From a virus (lineage: Duplodnaviria > Caudoviricetes), in the IMG/VR virus record IMGVR_UViG_3300030098_002800, positions 1 to 52,604 of that record: a stretch of 52,604 nucleotides of DNA, one strand, 5' to 3'. The translations under genes were made by a program, and so were the position numbers. The notes below the pieces were generated by a model, which was not told the DNA's origin, ran no database searches, and saw only the letters and a program-made list of their open reading frames with translations. Within the stretch, counting starts at the first letter, position 1. Every line of letters starts with the position of its first letter. Positions 1 through 11,280 of this stretch are shown piece after piece.

Positions 1-2254
1 CTACAGCTGAATCATCACTATCAGCTCTTATAATTTTAGACTTTGCCCACTTAGCATATTCAAAATGCAAATCTAATACAGAGTTATAAGCTATTCTACC
101 AGATGTATTTTCAATATAATTGTTTATCTTAGAATCAACTAAAGAGTTGTCACCTTTAAACTTCTCCAATAAATCAGCTCTAGTTACCTGATAACCTTCA
201 CCTTTTACATTCCTTATAGCCTCTACTTCAGCTTGAGATAACATTTTACGAGCAACATAATCATCACCAAGCTGTTTCATATTCTGAAAAGCTAAACCAA
301 AAGCAATTTTAAAAGTACCAGATCTATTCCAATCTTCAACAATTCTATGAGCCCAAGAAGTTTTTGTTGCTATTTGACTAACAGTTCTAGCTGCTTTAGC
401 ACTAACTTTTTCCTTACCTCTTATCTGCAACTCTCCATTCTGATCAACAAATAATTTACTATCAGTTAAATAAGCCTCATCTATAGCACCTCTTGTAGCA
501 GTACTAACGTCAGCATCGGATTTAAATATAGCATCTAAGACTGTAGATTTTACACTTTTACCATCATGCCATTGAAGACCATACTTTTTAGATTGTCTTT
601 CAAACATATCTTTGTTTGCACTAGCATTTCCTGACTCTACATACCAAGCTTTAGAATCCTTTCGTGCTTTACGCCCATACTCTGTCCATTCAAACAATCT
701 TTGTGTAGCATTTCTTGCAGCTGATCTTAGATTTCCTCCCATTAATCTAAAATAAGTATAAGATGTCATCATTCTAGTTAGATTCATCATGGTTCCATCT
801 TGACTAGGGTCTCTGCTATCAATAGAATTATAAACATCTGTTAACAAATCAAGCATACTTTCAGCAGTGTCTACTAAATCTTTTCTTCCTAAAGCTTCAG
901 CTGGCTTTAAATGATAATCCATTAAATTTTTACTAGCATCAATATACGTAGCCTTAACATGAGTCTTGTAATTAAAAGTTCCAACATCATTTGTATATTT
1001 CTTCAGAAAATACCAGGGGTTTGCACTATATTGATTGTCCACAAGGTCAGTTCTACCCTTAGCCCTATCAACTATCTTATCAAAGCTATTGATTTCTTGG
1101 TTAATAGTATCTAATATATTCTTGTTATTCTCTACAGCAAAAGAAAATTGTTTTACGATATCTAAAAGGCCTAACGTATATCTAGGCATATAGCCTTTAC
1201 TTAAAGAGATTTTTCCATTATTAACATAATCTCTATCTAATTTTATTCCTCTCTCTAGAAACATTCTATCATCAATAAGCTGCTGATCATTGTAATTTAA
1301 AGGCCTACCACTCTCATCAACTGACTTTTGAAACTCAATATTGTGTACCATGGCTTCAATTCTTTTTGCAACACCATCAGCCCAGACCATATCCTTTTGT
1401 TTAGCCATAGCTTTAATTTTTTGTAGCCCTCTAAGCAATGAAATTGAGGATGATTTTCTTATCTCTTTATAGTTGTCCATCATTTTATTTAATCTTATCT
1501 TTCCAGATCTATCTAAGCCTTCAATGGTATTTATATCTGCACCCTGAAGAACGCTATTAAGGATAACATATGCTTCCCCACTACCAGCCTCTAAAAACTT
1601 CAGCATTTCATTTCTATTGGTATTCATTTTATCTTTTATAGAAGTCCTTTGAGCATAGGTAAGTTTAGGTTGGTTATATTGTTTCACTAAAGAATCATAC
1701 TCTTTATTTAACCTCTCTACCTCAATATCACCTCCACTCTTCAAACCTTTAGGCATAAGACTTTTAGCACCAAAAGATAAAGAGAAATCCTTAAACTCAC
1801 TTAAAAATTCTTTTATCTGTTTATCTGATTGAACTTGAAAGTCTCTAAAGAACTGAGTTTCATTTGTAAGCTCAGTCTCAAATCTTTTTAATTCGGGAAC
1901 ATTTTGTAATGCTGTTCTTGGTAAATGAAAGTATCTCATTACAGCACCTTTAGGTTTTGCTATAAGCTGGTTGTAATAGTTAAGACCAGCTTCAAACTTC
2001 CTTACATCTTTAAAATTAATTTGATATTCTGGATCAATTTCCTTCTTTGTATATTTCTTAAACAACCATTTAAAAGTATCCCAGTTATTCCAGTTTGCAT
2101 CTTTAACATTATTCCATTTACCAGTATCCCACTCTTTAGCTAGTGAATCCATTTTATTGAAAATAATTTGCCTGTCTTTAGCAGACATTTCTTTTTCACC
2201 TAATCCTAACTTTTTTGAAAATGATTTCAAACTACATGTAAATATACTAGACAT
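1..2254 (-). CDS. Large internal virion/ejection protein, N-terminal part (runs off window start)
   Basis: Not in the ORF track. ATG at 2254 overlaps the stop of the 3008-aa gene (TAATG). Hand translation of sampled stretches is open: MSSIFTCSLKSFSKKLG..., GGNLRSAARNATQRLFEW, and ...HFEYAKWAKSKIIRADSDDSAV at position 1. Confidence 0.8.
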   Translation of the reverse strand, partial: MSSIFTCSLKSFSKKLGLGEKEMSAKDRQIIFNKMDSLAKEWDTGKWNNVKDANWNNWDTFKWLFKKYTKKEIDPEYQINFKDVRKFEAGLNYYNQLIAKPKGAVMRYFHLPRTALQNVPELKRFETELTNETQFFRDFQVQSDKQIKEFLSEFKDFSLSFGAKSLMPKGLKSGGDIEVERLNKEYDSLVKQYNQPKLTYAQRTSIKDKMNTNRNEMLKFLEAGSGEAYVILNSVLQGADINTIEGLDRSGKIRLNKMMDNYKEIRKSSSISLLRGLQKIKAMAKQKDMVWADGVAKRIEAMVHNIEFQKSVDESGRPLNYNDQQLIDDRMFLERGIKLDRDYVNNGKISLSKGYMPRYTLGLLDIVKQFSFAVENNKNILDTINQEINSFDKIVDRAKGRTDLVDNQYSANPWYFLKKYTNDVGTFNYKTHVKATYIDASKNLMDYHLKPAEALGRKDLVDTAESMLDLLTDVYNSIDSRDPSQDGTMMNLTRMMTSYTYFRLMGGNLRSAARNATQRLFEWTEYGRKARKDSKAWYVESGNASANKDMFERQSKKYGLQWHDGKSVKSTVLDAIFKSDADVSTATRGAIDEAYLTDSKLFVDQNGELQIRGKEKVSAKAARTVSQIATKTSWAHRIVEDWNRSGTFKIAFGLAFQNMKQLGDDYVARKMLSQAEVEAIRNVKGEGYQVTRADLLEKFKGDNSLVDSKINNYIENTSGRIAYNSVLDLHFEYAKWAKSKIIRADSDDSAV

Positions 2255-5200
2255 TATCTCTCCTTAGAATTTAAGCAATCTAAATGATATTTAAGTTGCC
2301 TTTGAGTAGAACTTTCTATCGATCCTTTTTCCCCTAAATCTTTCTTCCTAATGACATCTATATCCCTTAACAATGTAGGCTTTAATCCTATGTCATCTAT
2401 TCCACCAAGATCATTACTTGCATATATCTTCTGTGCCCATTGTTCATTTAAAGGGATGCCTTGGCTTTCCATTTCTTTACTAGCTTTATATAATAATGCT
2501 GGATCTACTAACTTATCAGAGGTAGCATAATCAACCATCATCTTCGCAGCATTCTTTTTATTAGCCTCTAATGCATTTTGCATATCATATATACTTTGAT
2601 TCAATATACTTTCTTGACTCATTATACCTTTTAAGCTAGCAGGTTCTGTGTATAAGTTAGCTAATGCTACATCTACATCATGACCATATCTAGAGCTTAA
2701 TATAACCATATTTTTTAAATTTGTAATATCAGTTAAAATCTTATTTGCAAAATCTTTATTGCCATCAGCACCTCTATATTCTCCAGATGCAATTTTAGCT
2801 AATAGATTCATCATAGGTCTATTTAATCCATTTTCAGAATATATATAATCGTAAGATGATTTGCCATTTGATATTGGTCTTACAGATACAACCTTATCAG
2901 ATATATAAGGAGTTAAAGTTTGTAAAATAAAAGCTGCTTTTCTTGCATCTGTATTTAAAACTGGATTGTTAAATAGAGCTTCATATATTGCAGACTGCTG
3001 CTCTAAAGAAAAATCTATATAATCAGCTTTAGTATTAGTTCTATCTGATTTCATTTCTATCAATCCTGCTTGCAATCTTTTATACTCAGGTATAATATAG
3101 TTCATTATATCATATGCTTTAACTTTAGTTGTTGCACCAAAATCATCAATATATACAGTTTCTCCAGCAAATGCTTCAAATAACATCCTCAAGTTGCTTT
3201 GTTCTGGACCTGTTACTTGGAACCTTCTTCCGTTAACAACTATTTTATCCCAATCATTTATCTTTAATTCATTAGTCTTGCCCTTTAAAATAACTTCTTT
3301 TATATTCCCTTTTCTATCTAGTATAACTTCATTCTGTGAAGCTGTATATTCACCTTCTTTAGCGTATCTTCCTTTCTTAACAATAGGCTGTTCAATAAAG
3401 TTATCTCTAAACTTGTAAGATAATGCTTCTTCCATTTTAGCTTTAAGCTCTACTATTCTTTCTAACTGTGCTTTTTTACTTGAGATCTCCGTAGATTCAC
3501 TAACATCCTTTGTTCTTGAGAATGACTCAAGCCTTTCAATTTCAATTCTAATAGACTTTTCTTTTGATGCAAGTTCAGTAAGAAATATAGCTCTAGATTC
3601 ATCTTTAACATACTCCTTTAAGGCTATATTAAATAATTTATTATGATTTGCTGCAGTATCTTCTCCCACATTATTCTTAGTATATCCATTCTCAATCCAA
3701 TCTTGTATCTTTTTATAGTCTGTACTTACCTTACTTACAAGCCCTATACTTTTAGCTTGTATCATTTCACTATGCCCTTTAGATAACTCTCTAACAGCTA
3801 CATCGTAAGGATTTCTAGATGTTGATCCAAAGTATTGACTTGCCACTCTTAGACCTGGCTCAAAATTTATACGACTATCTATGCCTCTTGTATCATCCCA
3901 TCTTAATTTATATGCTAAATCTTTGAATACGTTATGATAGTTTTCCACAGTGGCTTTATACTTCATTCCTGAAGGATCTTCTACAACACCTTTATTGTAT
4001 TTTAAATAATTATTAATAGGATCAATCAGTCTATTCCTTATAGCATCTCTTACAAATTGATATTCTCCCATATTTATATTTTTATCTTGGTGGACTGTAG
4101 TTGTTTTACCTTTTAAATCAACAGCAACTATTTCAAAAATACCTTGTACATCTTTAGTTCCAAATAAAATTTGATTTTGTATATCAGTTATATTGTTTTT
4201 TGTTTCCATTGAAGGTAAGTTTTTATATACATCAATAAACTCTTTTGCCATCTGAGATATACCATTAACAGTATTAGTTAATCCTGCCTTTCTGTTTATT
4301 CTAAGCTGTAATGTTTTTCTTTGACCTGTAACATCAGAAGTTTCAAAGCTTAGTAGATTTGTATCATGCCTGTATATATTAGATAGGTAGGTAACAAGTT
4401 GGTGCATTTTAATAAATCTTCCTCTTGCTTTGTTAACTTCGGTCAAGGTTCTTTCATAATCAAAATCAATACCTTCCCCTCCAGCTAAAAATGGCAGTTT
4501 ATTCGCAAGCCTTCCTTTTTGTATATCTGGACTAAATAATCCATCAGAACTTAAAATTGCATCCATATCTACAGGTGTTACAAATCCTGCTGCCTTACCT
4601 GCTTCTCTCCAGAACTTGCCAGGAGCAGCGTAAAAGCTAAAACTTTTATCAAAGTCAAAGTCAGCATCTTGAGGTCTAATAGCATCTACATAATTTATTC
4701 TACTTACATTTCCTTCTTCCATCTTAGCACTAGTAGTATAAGTACCATCAGCATTTTGCTTGGCATACATTTTATTTATAACAATATCACCTACCATATT
4801 TCTAGGTTGTCTGCTATTTAAAATACCTACACTTAAATCAACAGCATCTAGTTTTATAGCTGCTTGAGAAAGATTGTCTCCAAAGTCTATAAGGTCCATT
4901 CCTTTTTTATCTACTTCAATAGCATCATTGTAAGCCCTAACATTTCTTTTTACATTATATTGATCACCAAATTGAAGCTCCATAGTATCTATATCTAATA
5001 ATTTACCATCACTATTTAATAGCATACCCTCAACAAGAACATATTTTTTACCACCTATATCGTAAACAAAAGCATCTGCTGTTCTATCTACCCCTGTTTG
5101 ATCTACAGAATATTTTATTCTTTGAATAATAGCGTTGCTTTCAGTCATTCCGTCAGGTTTAATAAAATCTTTTTGAGCCATATAATGTGAGGGTAAATAC

Positions 5201-8200
5201 TCTCCGTAAAACTGAACAGTAGGTCTGCCTCCCACTTCACTTCTTATAGTTATATCTAAATTACCAGGATCTGCTGACATAACATCTAAAGAGCCTTGAG
5301 GTACAACTCCCCCAGCAACCCCTCCATTATTTATAAAGTAGTTTATCATTCCATTTTCTAACTCTCTAACAGCCCAAGGCTCAAGTATAATGCCATTCCT
5401 ATCAAGCATAGCTGCTATACCGCTATTAATTAATGCAGGGTCTCCTACTTTAGCTTGATGCCCAAATACTTTTTGAGCTAAAGAAGTTCTATATAAAATA
5501 TCGCTATACATTCTGCCAAAGTTTCCAAATAAATTCTCTACTTTTTTAGAAACTCCTATCCATTCAGCTATGCCATTATCGTGTGAAAAATGTACACCAG
5601 TATTTGCACCAACTAATGGATCATGTTCTTTAGATATAGTTCTTAAACTCATAGCCTCCCAAGGAAGCTCAGTTATATAATTACTATAATCGGCATCTAT
5701 ATTTTTAAAGTTGCCAGTAGCATCTTTCTCTACAATAAAATCAGTCCATAGACCAGTCATATTTTTATTATCTGCTTCTATGCCTTTTATATTAGCATAG
5801 TTTTCTCTTGTTTGAGAGTTTTTATCTGACTTTAATAAGTTTATTTTATTAGCTGATTTAAAAGTTAGAATATCAACTCCCAACTCTTTCATAACCATTT
5901 CAACAGCAGGATTATATTTAAATGCTGTTTTTCCAAACCACTCTTCCCCTCTTCCATAAGTAGGGCTATTTACATTATAGTCTATTTCAGCATGAGTAAT
6001 CGTTGGCTTTATAGCTCCAGATTTAAACCCTATAATCTTACCATTAGTATCCATATGGACCATATCTGGTGTAATCCCTATCAAAGACATGGCTGTCATA
6101 TAAGCTTCCTTGGTTAGGAACATTTCTCCATCAACAATTGATTTACCAACAGCCTCTAAATCTGCCTCCATAGCAGCTCTAGTATCGTCATCTATAAGTT
6201 TATTTTGTTTTAGCTTAAGCTTAGCTCTATTTATAGCACTAAATACATTATGAAGAGTTTGTTGTGTTAAACTATTTACACCTAAATCAGAATCTTTAAT
6301 CTCGTCATCTATAGATAATGTTTTTAATTTCCTGTACTCTCCAGATGCATCAGGTTCTATAAAAGTTTTTATATTATCATAAACCTGCTTCATAAAATCA
6401 GACTCAGCATTTCTATATATAGCAGCACTCCTAAGCATATTCTCTTTAGTAGCTATATAGCCATTCTTAGGTTCAGTTAATTTTAATCTCTTAAATCTAT
6501 CCAAAACAACAGCATGCTTTAAATCTATTTCACCAGAAGCAACAACATCAGGTAAAGACAAAGGCATATCTATTATCATTCTTGTCAATTTTATAGCATT
6601 GACAATATCATCAGGAGTGTCTGCATTTTGAACCTTTTTTAGCATAGCTCTAATTGCTCTATGTTGAGGAGAATTTATACTTAAGTCACCATCATATATA
6701 GCTTTTAACCTTTGATATAATTCTCCACCTTGAAACCCTGTAGATTCAGATGCATATTGTAATCTAACATGCTCATGAATAGATCCAGCACCTTTATCTG
6801 TTCTAATTATAATAGCAGTTGACTCGTCTATTGGAATAGCTTTGTATGTTTTGCCAAATTTACTTCCCCTGCTATCTTCATCCTGTATTTTACGATGATC
6901 TCCACTTGGACCTTCTTTATATATTTCTGCTTTACCAGGCATATTTCCTATTTCTAATTGACCGCTAGCTAAAGCACCATTAATTCTAGTTAAATGTTCT
7001 CCTACTATATCTATCTCTCTGCCATTTATATCTATAACAGATTTATCTGCTAAGTATATATTACCCTGCCCAGATGTATCAAGGTACTGTATAAGGGCCA
7101 TAATACCCCTATTTTGGGCATTTCCCATTATTTTCTGATCCAACATCAGTCTACCATTTTGAAGGTCTAATTTTAGCGTTTTTACAGGAACCTTAGAAAA
7201 GTATCCAGATACTAAAGAATAAACATCTGCATCAACTTGACCAGGTGTTGGCCTTTCAAACTCAGGCATATTCATTAATTTGCTTTCTATTGCTAATTTG
7301 ATTGGTTGAACTATAAAAGATTGAAAGTTATCTGGATCAAGCTTAACATCTCCTGCTAATTTATTTAAAGAATCAACAACTTTTTGGACAGATGCTCTCA
7401 TTTTAGGATCAACAGACTGAGGATCTGTATATAAATTACCTAATAATGTTTCGGCAAATCCGACAATTTCTTTTGAAGTTCTAACTATAGACCTATCAAT
7501 TCCTAGAATTTTGTCTATATAAGGTAAAGGCATATCATACTTAACTGAAAACTGAGAAGCAGTTATTCTTAAAGCTACATCTTGTAAATCTTTTTCAGGT
7601 ATTTCATTACCTCTATCTTTTAATATGTCTGCTACAGTATCTTTTAATGCACCTTGATTTCTTATTTCAGTGTGAACATCTTCTTCAATCTTTCTTTTAA
7701 TTTGATCTAGTTTATATATATACTCTTGTTTTGCTGTAGGGCTATTTTCCCTTGAATACATTTCTTCAATAAGAGCACTAACTTCTCCCTCTCTTTTAGC
7801 CAAAGCATCTAAATAAAGATAATTCCTGTCTGTTAGATTCTTTTTAATATCATCTATAATAGTATCAATTTCAGCTTTAGTATCTTTCCATGCCTCAAAT
7901 TGTCTTTTCCAGTTAGCTCTAACATCAGCTTCTATTTCACCCCCAGATGCTTCTATATATTTTGCAAGGCTTTCTATAATACTTCCTTGTCTATCAGATT
8001 GAGATTCAAGCACAGTTCTTATAGCTTCAGCTCTACTAGTTGACATACCTCTCATGGAATTTTGAGAAATGTTCCTAGCTTTATTTAATGCATTAAACCA
8101 ATCTCCTTCTTGTCCTTGAGCAAGATCATTCCTAAAATCAACTCTAAATCTAGATCTAGTTACATCATCTACAATCTTATCATAAAATTCCCACAATTGA

Positions 8201-11200
8201 TCTTTAGTTGTTTCACTAATCTTGTTATTTCTGTGATCAGCTTCAAGTCTTTGCTTCACTATAGTTCTGTCAGGGAGTACAACTGATCCTGTACCTTGCT
8301 GATAATTCATTCTAGTGTCTTGAATTAAACTAAATAAAGCCGCTTTGCCATCAATGCCCGTGTAAACATCATTCAATCCTATCTGATCAAATGCTTTATC
8401 TATATAGAACTCTTGAAACTTTTTAAACAACTGAGGCTCAATAAATATATTACCAACTCCCTTGTTTACAGCTTCAAATAACTGAACAGCTTCATTACCT
8501 GTTATAGCTTTTACCTCTCTATTGGTAATTGTAGGATCTAAATCTATTGTAGACTTATGAAAGTTTTCAACAAAGTTTAATAGGGTTGCTTCATCTATAC
8601 CTAATGTTTCCAATTTTTTACTTACAGCTGCTAAATCTGTAACTTTAGGTGCTAACATACTATTGAAATATTGTCTTTTAAAAGCACCTATATTGTTTTG
8701 TTCTATTGAAGTTAACCCTGAACCATTCCCATCAGTTAGCATATCAAATGTTCTTATTTGTTGATCTTTAACTAACAACCTATCAAACATAATATGCCAT
8801 GAGTTATTAATAGAAATATGAGGATCCATTTCAATCCCATGAGCTTTCCATGCATCTCCATATACAAGAGACATAAGATTTTCATTCATAGATACAAATG
8901 CATTTGCTGCCTCACGTTGTTTTTCTTTTGTAATCTCTACATCTTCTTTTCTAACTCTAGTACCAGGTTTAATCCAATTATTTTTTACACCTATATTCCA
9001 TAAAGCTGAGAAAGTATCCAATGGAACAGATCCACCAAAATCTATACCTCCCTCACCTTGCATTCTAATATCAGCTGCAGTAATACTTCTACCATCTTCA
9101 TTTTCTTTTATTAATCTTTCAAGTCCTAATGCTCTATATGTTTCTATAAAGTATTGTTTCATTAAAACTTGAGGTGCCTCTATAACATTAGCTAAAGATC
9201 TTTCTCTCCATGTCTTTAATTCAAAATCCCAGTTATGCTTTGTAAGAGTATTGCCATTAAATTGAAGGTTAGATAGTTTATTTGCTATATCAAAAGCTTC
9301 ATCTGGAGTAACTTTTTCAAGATGAGATTTATCAACAGCGTTTGTATGAAACTCATTTAATATTTTTTCAGCTACAAACAATTTATCGTATGATGCAAAG
9401 GCTTCTTCAATGCTAATTTCTTTATTTAAAAGCTTATCTCCTATATACTTATTAAAGGCAGTTTTGAAATCAGCAAATCCTGGACCAACTCTATTTTGAT
9501 TTCCTTCTATAGTTTTTAGTATCATTCTAATATTGCTAAGTTCAGGAGATTTATTTAATACTAATTTTGTTATTGCTGTAGTTACAGGCTCTATACCGCC
9601 TTCAGGTTGATAAGCAAAGTTGCCCATTACTTTATAGAGTTTATCATTTTCTACTCCATAAGTTTCAAGCGATCCAAGAGTTCTTCTTAATTTATTTTGT
9701 TTTGCATTGTAATAATCCTGAACTTTGCCAGTCTCAAAGATTCTATTAAATAATTTACCATCAGCTTCCAAATGAAAACTATGAGGTCTTTTTGAAAAGT
9801 AAGCCGCTGTCATAATATTAGATGCTATTTCAGGCCATGAGTTTCCAAAGGCAGCTTTCATAGATTCTGCACTCCATCCATTATGGTATCCAGACCTTAT
9901 AACACCAGGGGCATTCATCGCTACTATACCAGCAAACATCCTAGGTAAAGAACCAAAGAAATCTTTTCCAAACTCACTAAGCCAAGCACCTGGAGCTTCT
10001 TTCATAAACTTAACTCTAGCTTCCATTAAAAAATCTTTCATTAATTTTGTACCTTCATCATCAGATTTTCCAATCCACCATTTAGATCCTAAGCTAGCCC
10101 ACTTATTACCCATACCTGAGTTTAAATAACCACCAGCTATTTCATCCATAGCAGTTAATTGAATTTGTAATTCTTTATTTGAAAGCTTATTGATATTTGT
10201 AGTCCTAGCATTAAACATGGATTTTACTGTCTTCCCAAATTGCCTCATATGGCTTTTTGATGTACCCCCTTTAATCATATGAGTTGGGCCTAATATACTC
10301 ATCCATGCACTTTCAAATACAGCAGTTGAACCCCATGCCCCTAAAGATGACATAATATTAAAGCTATAATCTTTTAATTTTGTAGCTTTGCCATACATAC
10401 CTGCTTCATATCCATATATATTCCTTTGCATTTCATGTACAGCATGCCTTATAGTGCCCATAGTAAATCCTATAGCAGCATCGTAAGCCATAGCCCCAGC
10501 AACAGCATGAGTTTTAGGCCCACCAATAGGCAACCATCTTTGAGCTGCTAAGTTTAAAATAGTTTGTGCTTCTCTTGGATTATTCTTTGAAATAATATCA
10601 AAAGTAGTATTGGCTATATCATCTACAATAGCATCATCTACAATGCCTAAAGTTTTTTGTATATTGCTTTTAATACCAGTTTTAACTGCACCTTCATATA
10701 AGACTCCTAATGCTTCATTACCACCTTGAATTAGATCTTGAGTGTCAGATGCAACTTTAAATGCATCATCCATTATAGTTTTAGCTACATCATCAGTTAA
10801 GCTTGTACCTATATCTATTCCTTTCTTTACAGCTATTTTAGATCCTTCTTCAACTAACTCTGTTGCAGCTTTTTTAGATGCATATTTAGTAGCAGCTTTA
10901 GTTCCTATTGCAGTTATTCCTGCCTTTGTTAAAGCTCCTCCTGCAAAGAATGTAGGTATTTGACCAAGAGCAGTACCTAAAGAATAACCCCATCTACCAG
11001 CAGTCCCTAAATCTTCCCAATCACCAGCTACATTATCACCAAAAGTTCCAGCAATCTTATCTTGAAAATCTTCAGCAGGAACTAATTGATCAGATTCTAG
11101 TTCATTCCATGTATCATGAACGCCTAATGTCCCCATAGAAACTTGGTCAGAAACTGCCCATGCTGCTTGTCCTAAAAATTCCCATATAGTATTTCTATTT

Positions 11201-11280
11201 CTACGAAGGTCATCTACAGTTTGTTGATGGGTTTCTTCTTCTATTATAGCCGCTATTCTATCGAGTTCTTGTTGATTCAT
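2254..11280 (-). CDS. Giant virion protein, probable virion-encapsidated two-barrel (DPBB) RNA polymerase
   Basis: 3008 aa. LNSRQPR followed ~45 aa later by DADFDFD resembles beta' NR(A/Q)P...NADFDGD and the DFDxD of crAss-like vRNAPs. Lys motifs upstream (KPTIT, GKTAFK, FKSANK). Hydrophobic Gly/Ala-rich N-terminus. Lies in the ejection-protein cluster. Confidence 0.8.
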   Translation of the reverse strand: MNQQELDRIAAIIEEETHQQTVDDLRRNRNTIWEFLGQAAWAVSDQVSMGTLGVHDTWNELESDQLVPAEDFQDKIAGTFGDNVAGDWEDLGTAGRWGYSLGTALGQIPTFFAGGALTKAGITAIGTKAATKYASKKAATELVEEGSKIAVKKGIDIGTSLTDDVAKTIMDDAFKVASDTQDLIQGGNEALGVLYEGAVKTGIKSNIQKTLGIVDDAIVDDIANTTFDIISKNNPREAQTILNLAAQRWLPIGGPKTHAVAGAMAYDAAIGFTMGTIRHAVHEMQRNIYGYEAGMYGKATKLKDYSFNIMSSLGAWGSTAVFESAWMSILGPTHMIKGGTSKSHMRQFGKTVKSMFNARTTNINKLSNKELQIQLTAMDEIAGGYLNSGMGNKWASLGSKWWIGKSDDEGTKLMKDFLMEARVKFMKEAPGAWLSEFGKDFFGSLPRMFAGIVAMNAPGVIRSGYHNGWSAESMKAAFGNSWPEIASNIMTAAYFSKRPHSFHLEADGKLFNRIFETGKVQDYYNAKQNKLRRTLGSLETYGVENDKLYKVMGNFAYQPEGGIEPVTTAITKLVLNKSPELSNIRMILKTIEGNQNRVGPGFADFKTAFNKYIGDKLLNKEISIEEAFASYDKLFVAEKILNEFHTNAVDKSHLEKVTPDEAFDIANKLSNLQFNGNTLTKHNWDFELKTWRERSLANVIEAPQVLMKQYFIETYRALGLERLIKENEDGRSITAADIRMQGEGGIDFGGSVPLDTFSALWNIGVKNNWIKPGTRVRKEDVEITKEKQREAANAFVSMNENLMSLVYGDAWKAHGIEMDPHISINNSWHIMFDRLLVKDQQIRTFDMLTDGNGSGLTSIEQNNIGAFKRQYFNSMLAPKVTDLAAVSKKLETLGIDEATLLNFVENFHKSTIDLDPTITNREVKAITGNEAVQLFEAVNKGVGNIFIEPQLFKKFQEFYIDKAFDQIGLNDVYTGIDGKAALFSLIQDTRMNYQQGTGSVVLPDRTIVKQRLEADHRNNKISETTKDQLWEFYDKIVDDVTRSRFRVDFRNDLAQGQEGDWFNALNKARNISQNSMRGMSTSRAEAIRTVLESQSDRQGSIIESLAKYIEASGGEIEADVRANWKRQFEAWKDTKAEIDTIIDDIKKNLTDRNYLYLDALAKREGEVSALIEEMYSRENSPTAKQEYIYKLDQIKRKIEEDVHTEIRNQGALKDTVADILKDRGNEIPEKDLQDVALRITASQFSVKYDMPLPYIDKILGIDRSIVRTSKEIVGFAETLLGNLYTDPQSVDPKMRASVQKVVDSLNKLAGDVKLDPDNFQSFIVQPIKLAIESKLMNMPEFERPTPGQVDADVYSLVSGYFSKVPVKTLKLDLQNGRLMLDQKIMGNAQNRGIMALIQYLDTSGQGNIYLADKSVIDINGREIDIVGEHLTRINGALASGQLEIGNMPGKAEIYKEGPSGDHRKIQDEDSRGSKFGKTYKAIPIDESTAIIIRTDKGAGSIHEHVRLQYASESTGFQGGELYQRLKAIYDGDLSINSPQHRAIRAMLKKVQNADTPDDIVNAIKLTRMIIDMPLSLPDVVASGEIDLKHAVVLDRFKRLKLTEPKNGYIATKENMLRSAAIYRNAESDFMKQVYDNIKTFIEPDASGEYRKLKTLSIDDEIKDSDLGVNSLTQQTLHNVFSAINRAKLKLKQNKLIDDDTRAAMEADLEAVGKSIVDGEMFLTKEAYMTAMSLIGITPDMVHMDTNGKIIGFKSGAIKPTITHAEIDYNVNSPTYGRGEEWFGKTAFKYNPAVEMVMKELGVDILTFKSANKINLLKSDKNSQTRENYANIKGIEADNKNMTGLWTDFIVEKDATGNFKNIDADYSNYITELPWEAMSLRTISKEHDPLVGANTGVHFSHDNGIAEWIGVSKKVENLFGNFGRMYSDILYRTSLAQKVFGHQAKVGDPALINSGIAAMLDRNGIILEPWAVRELENGMINYFINNGGVAGGVVPQGSLDVMSADPGNLDITIRSEVGGRPTVQFYGEYLPSHYMAQKDFIKPDGMTESNAIIQRIKYSVDQTGVDRTADAFVYDIGGKKYVLVEGMLLNSDGKLLDIDTMELQFGDQYNVKRNVRAYNDAIEVDKKGMDLIDFGDNLSQAAIKLDAVDLSVGILNSRQPRNMVGDIVINKMYAKQNADGTYTTSAKMEEGNVSRINYVDAIRPQDADFDFDKSFSFYAAPGKFWREAGKAAGFVTPVDMDAILSSDGLFSPDIQKGRLANKLPFLAGGEGIDFDYERTLTEVNKARGRFIKMHQLVTYLSNIYRHDTNLLSFETSDVTGQRKTLQLRINRKAGLTNTVNGISQMAKEFIDVYKNLPSMETKNNITDIQNQILFGTKDVQGIFEIVAVDLKGKTTTVHQDKNINMGEYQFVRDAIRNRLIDPINNYLKYNKGVVEDPSGMKYKATVENYHNVFKDLAYKLRWDDTRGIDSRINFEPGLRVASQYFGSTSRNPYDVAVRELSKGHSEMIQAKSIGLVSKVSTDYKKIQDWIENGYTKNNVGEDTAANHNKLFNIALKEYVKDESRAIFLTELASKEKSIRIEIERLESFSRTKDVSESTEISSKKAQLERIVELKAKMEEALSYKFRDNFIEQPIVKKGRYAKEGEYTASQNEVILDRKGNIKEVILKGKTNELKINDWDKIVVNGRRFQVTGPEQSNLRMLFEAFAGETVYIDDFGATTKVKAYDIMNYIIPEYKRLQAGLIEMKSDRTNTKADYIDFSLEQQSAIYEALFNNPVLNTDARKAAFILQTLTPYISDKVVSVRPISNGKSSYDYIYSENGLNRPMMNLLAKIASGEYRGADGNKDFANKILTDITNLKNMVILSSRYGHDVDVALANLYTEPASLKGIMSQESILNQSIYDMQNALEANKKNAAKMMVDYATSDKLVDPALLYKASKEMESQGIPLNEQWAQKIYASNDLGGIDDIGLKPTLLRDIDVIRKKDLGEKGSIESSTQRQLKYHLDCLNSKER

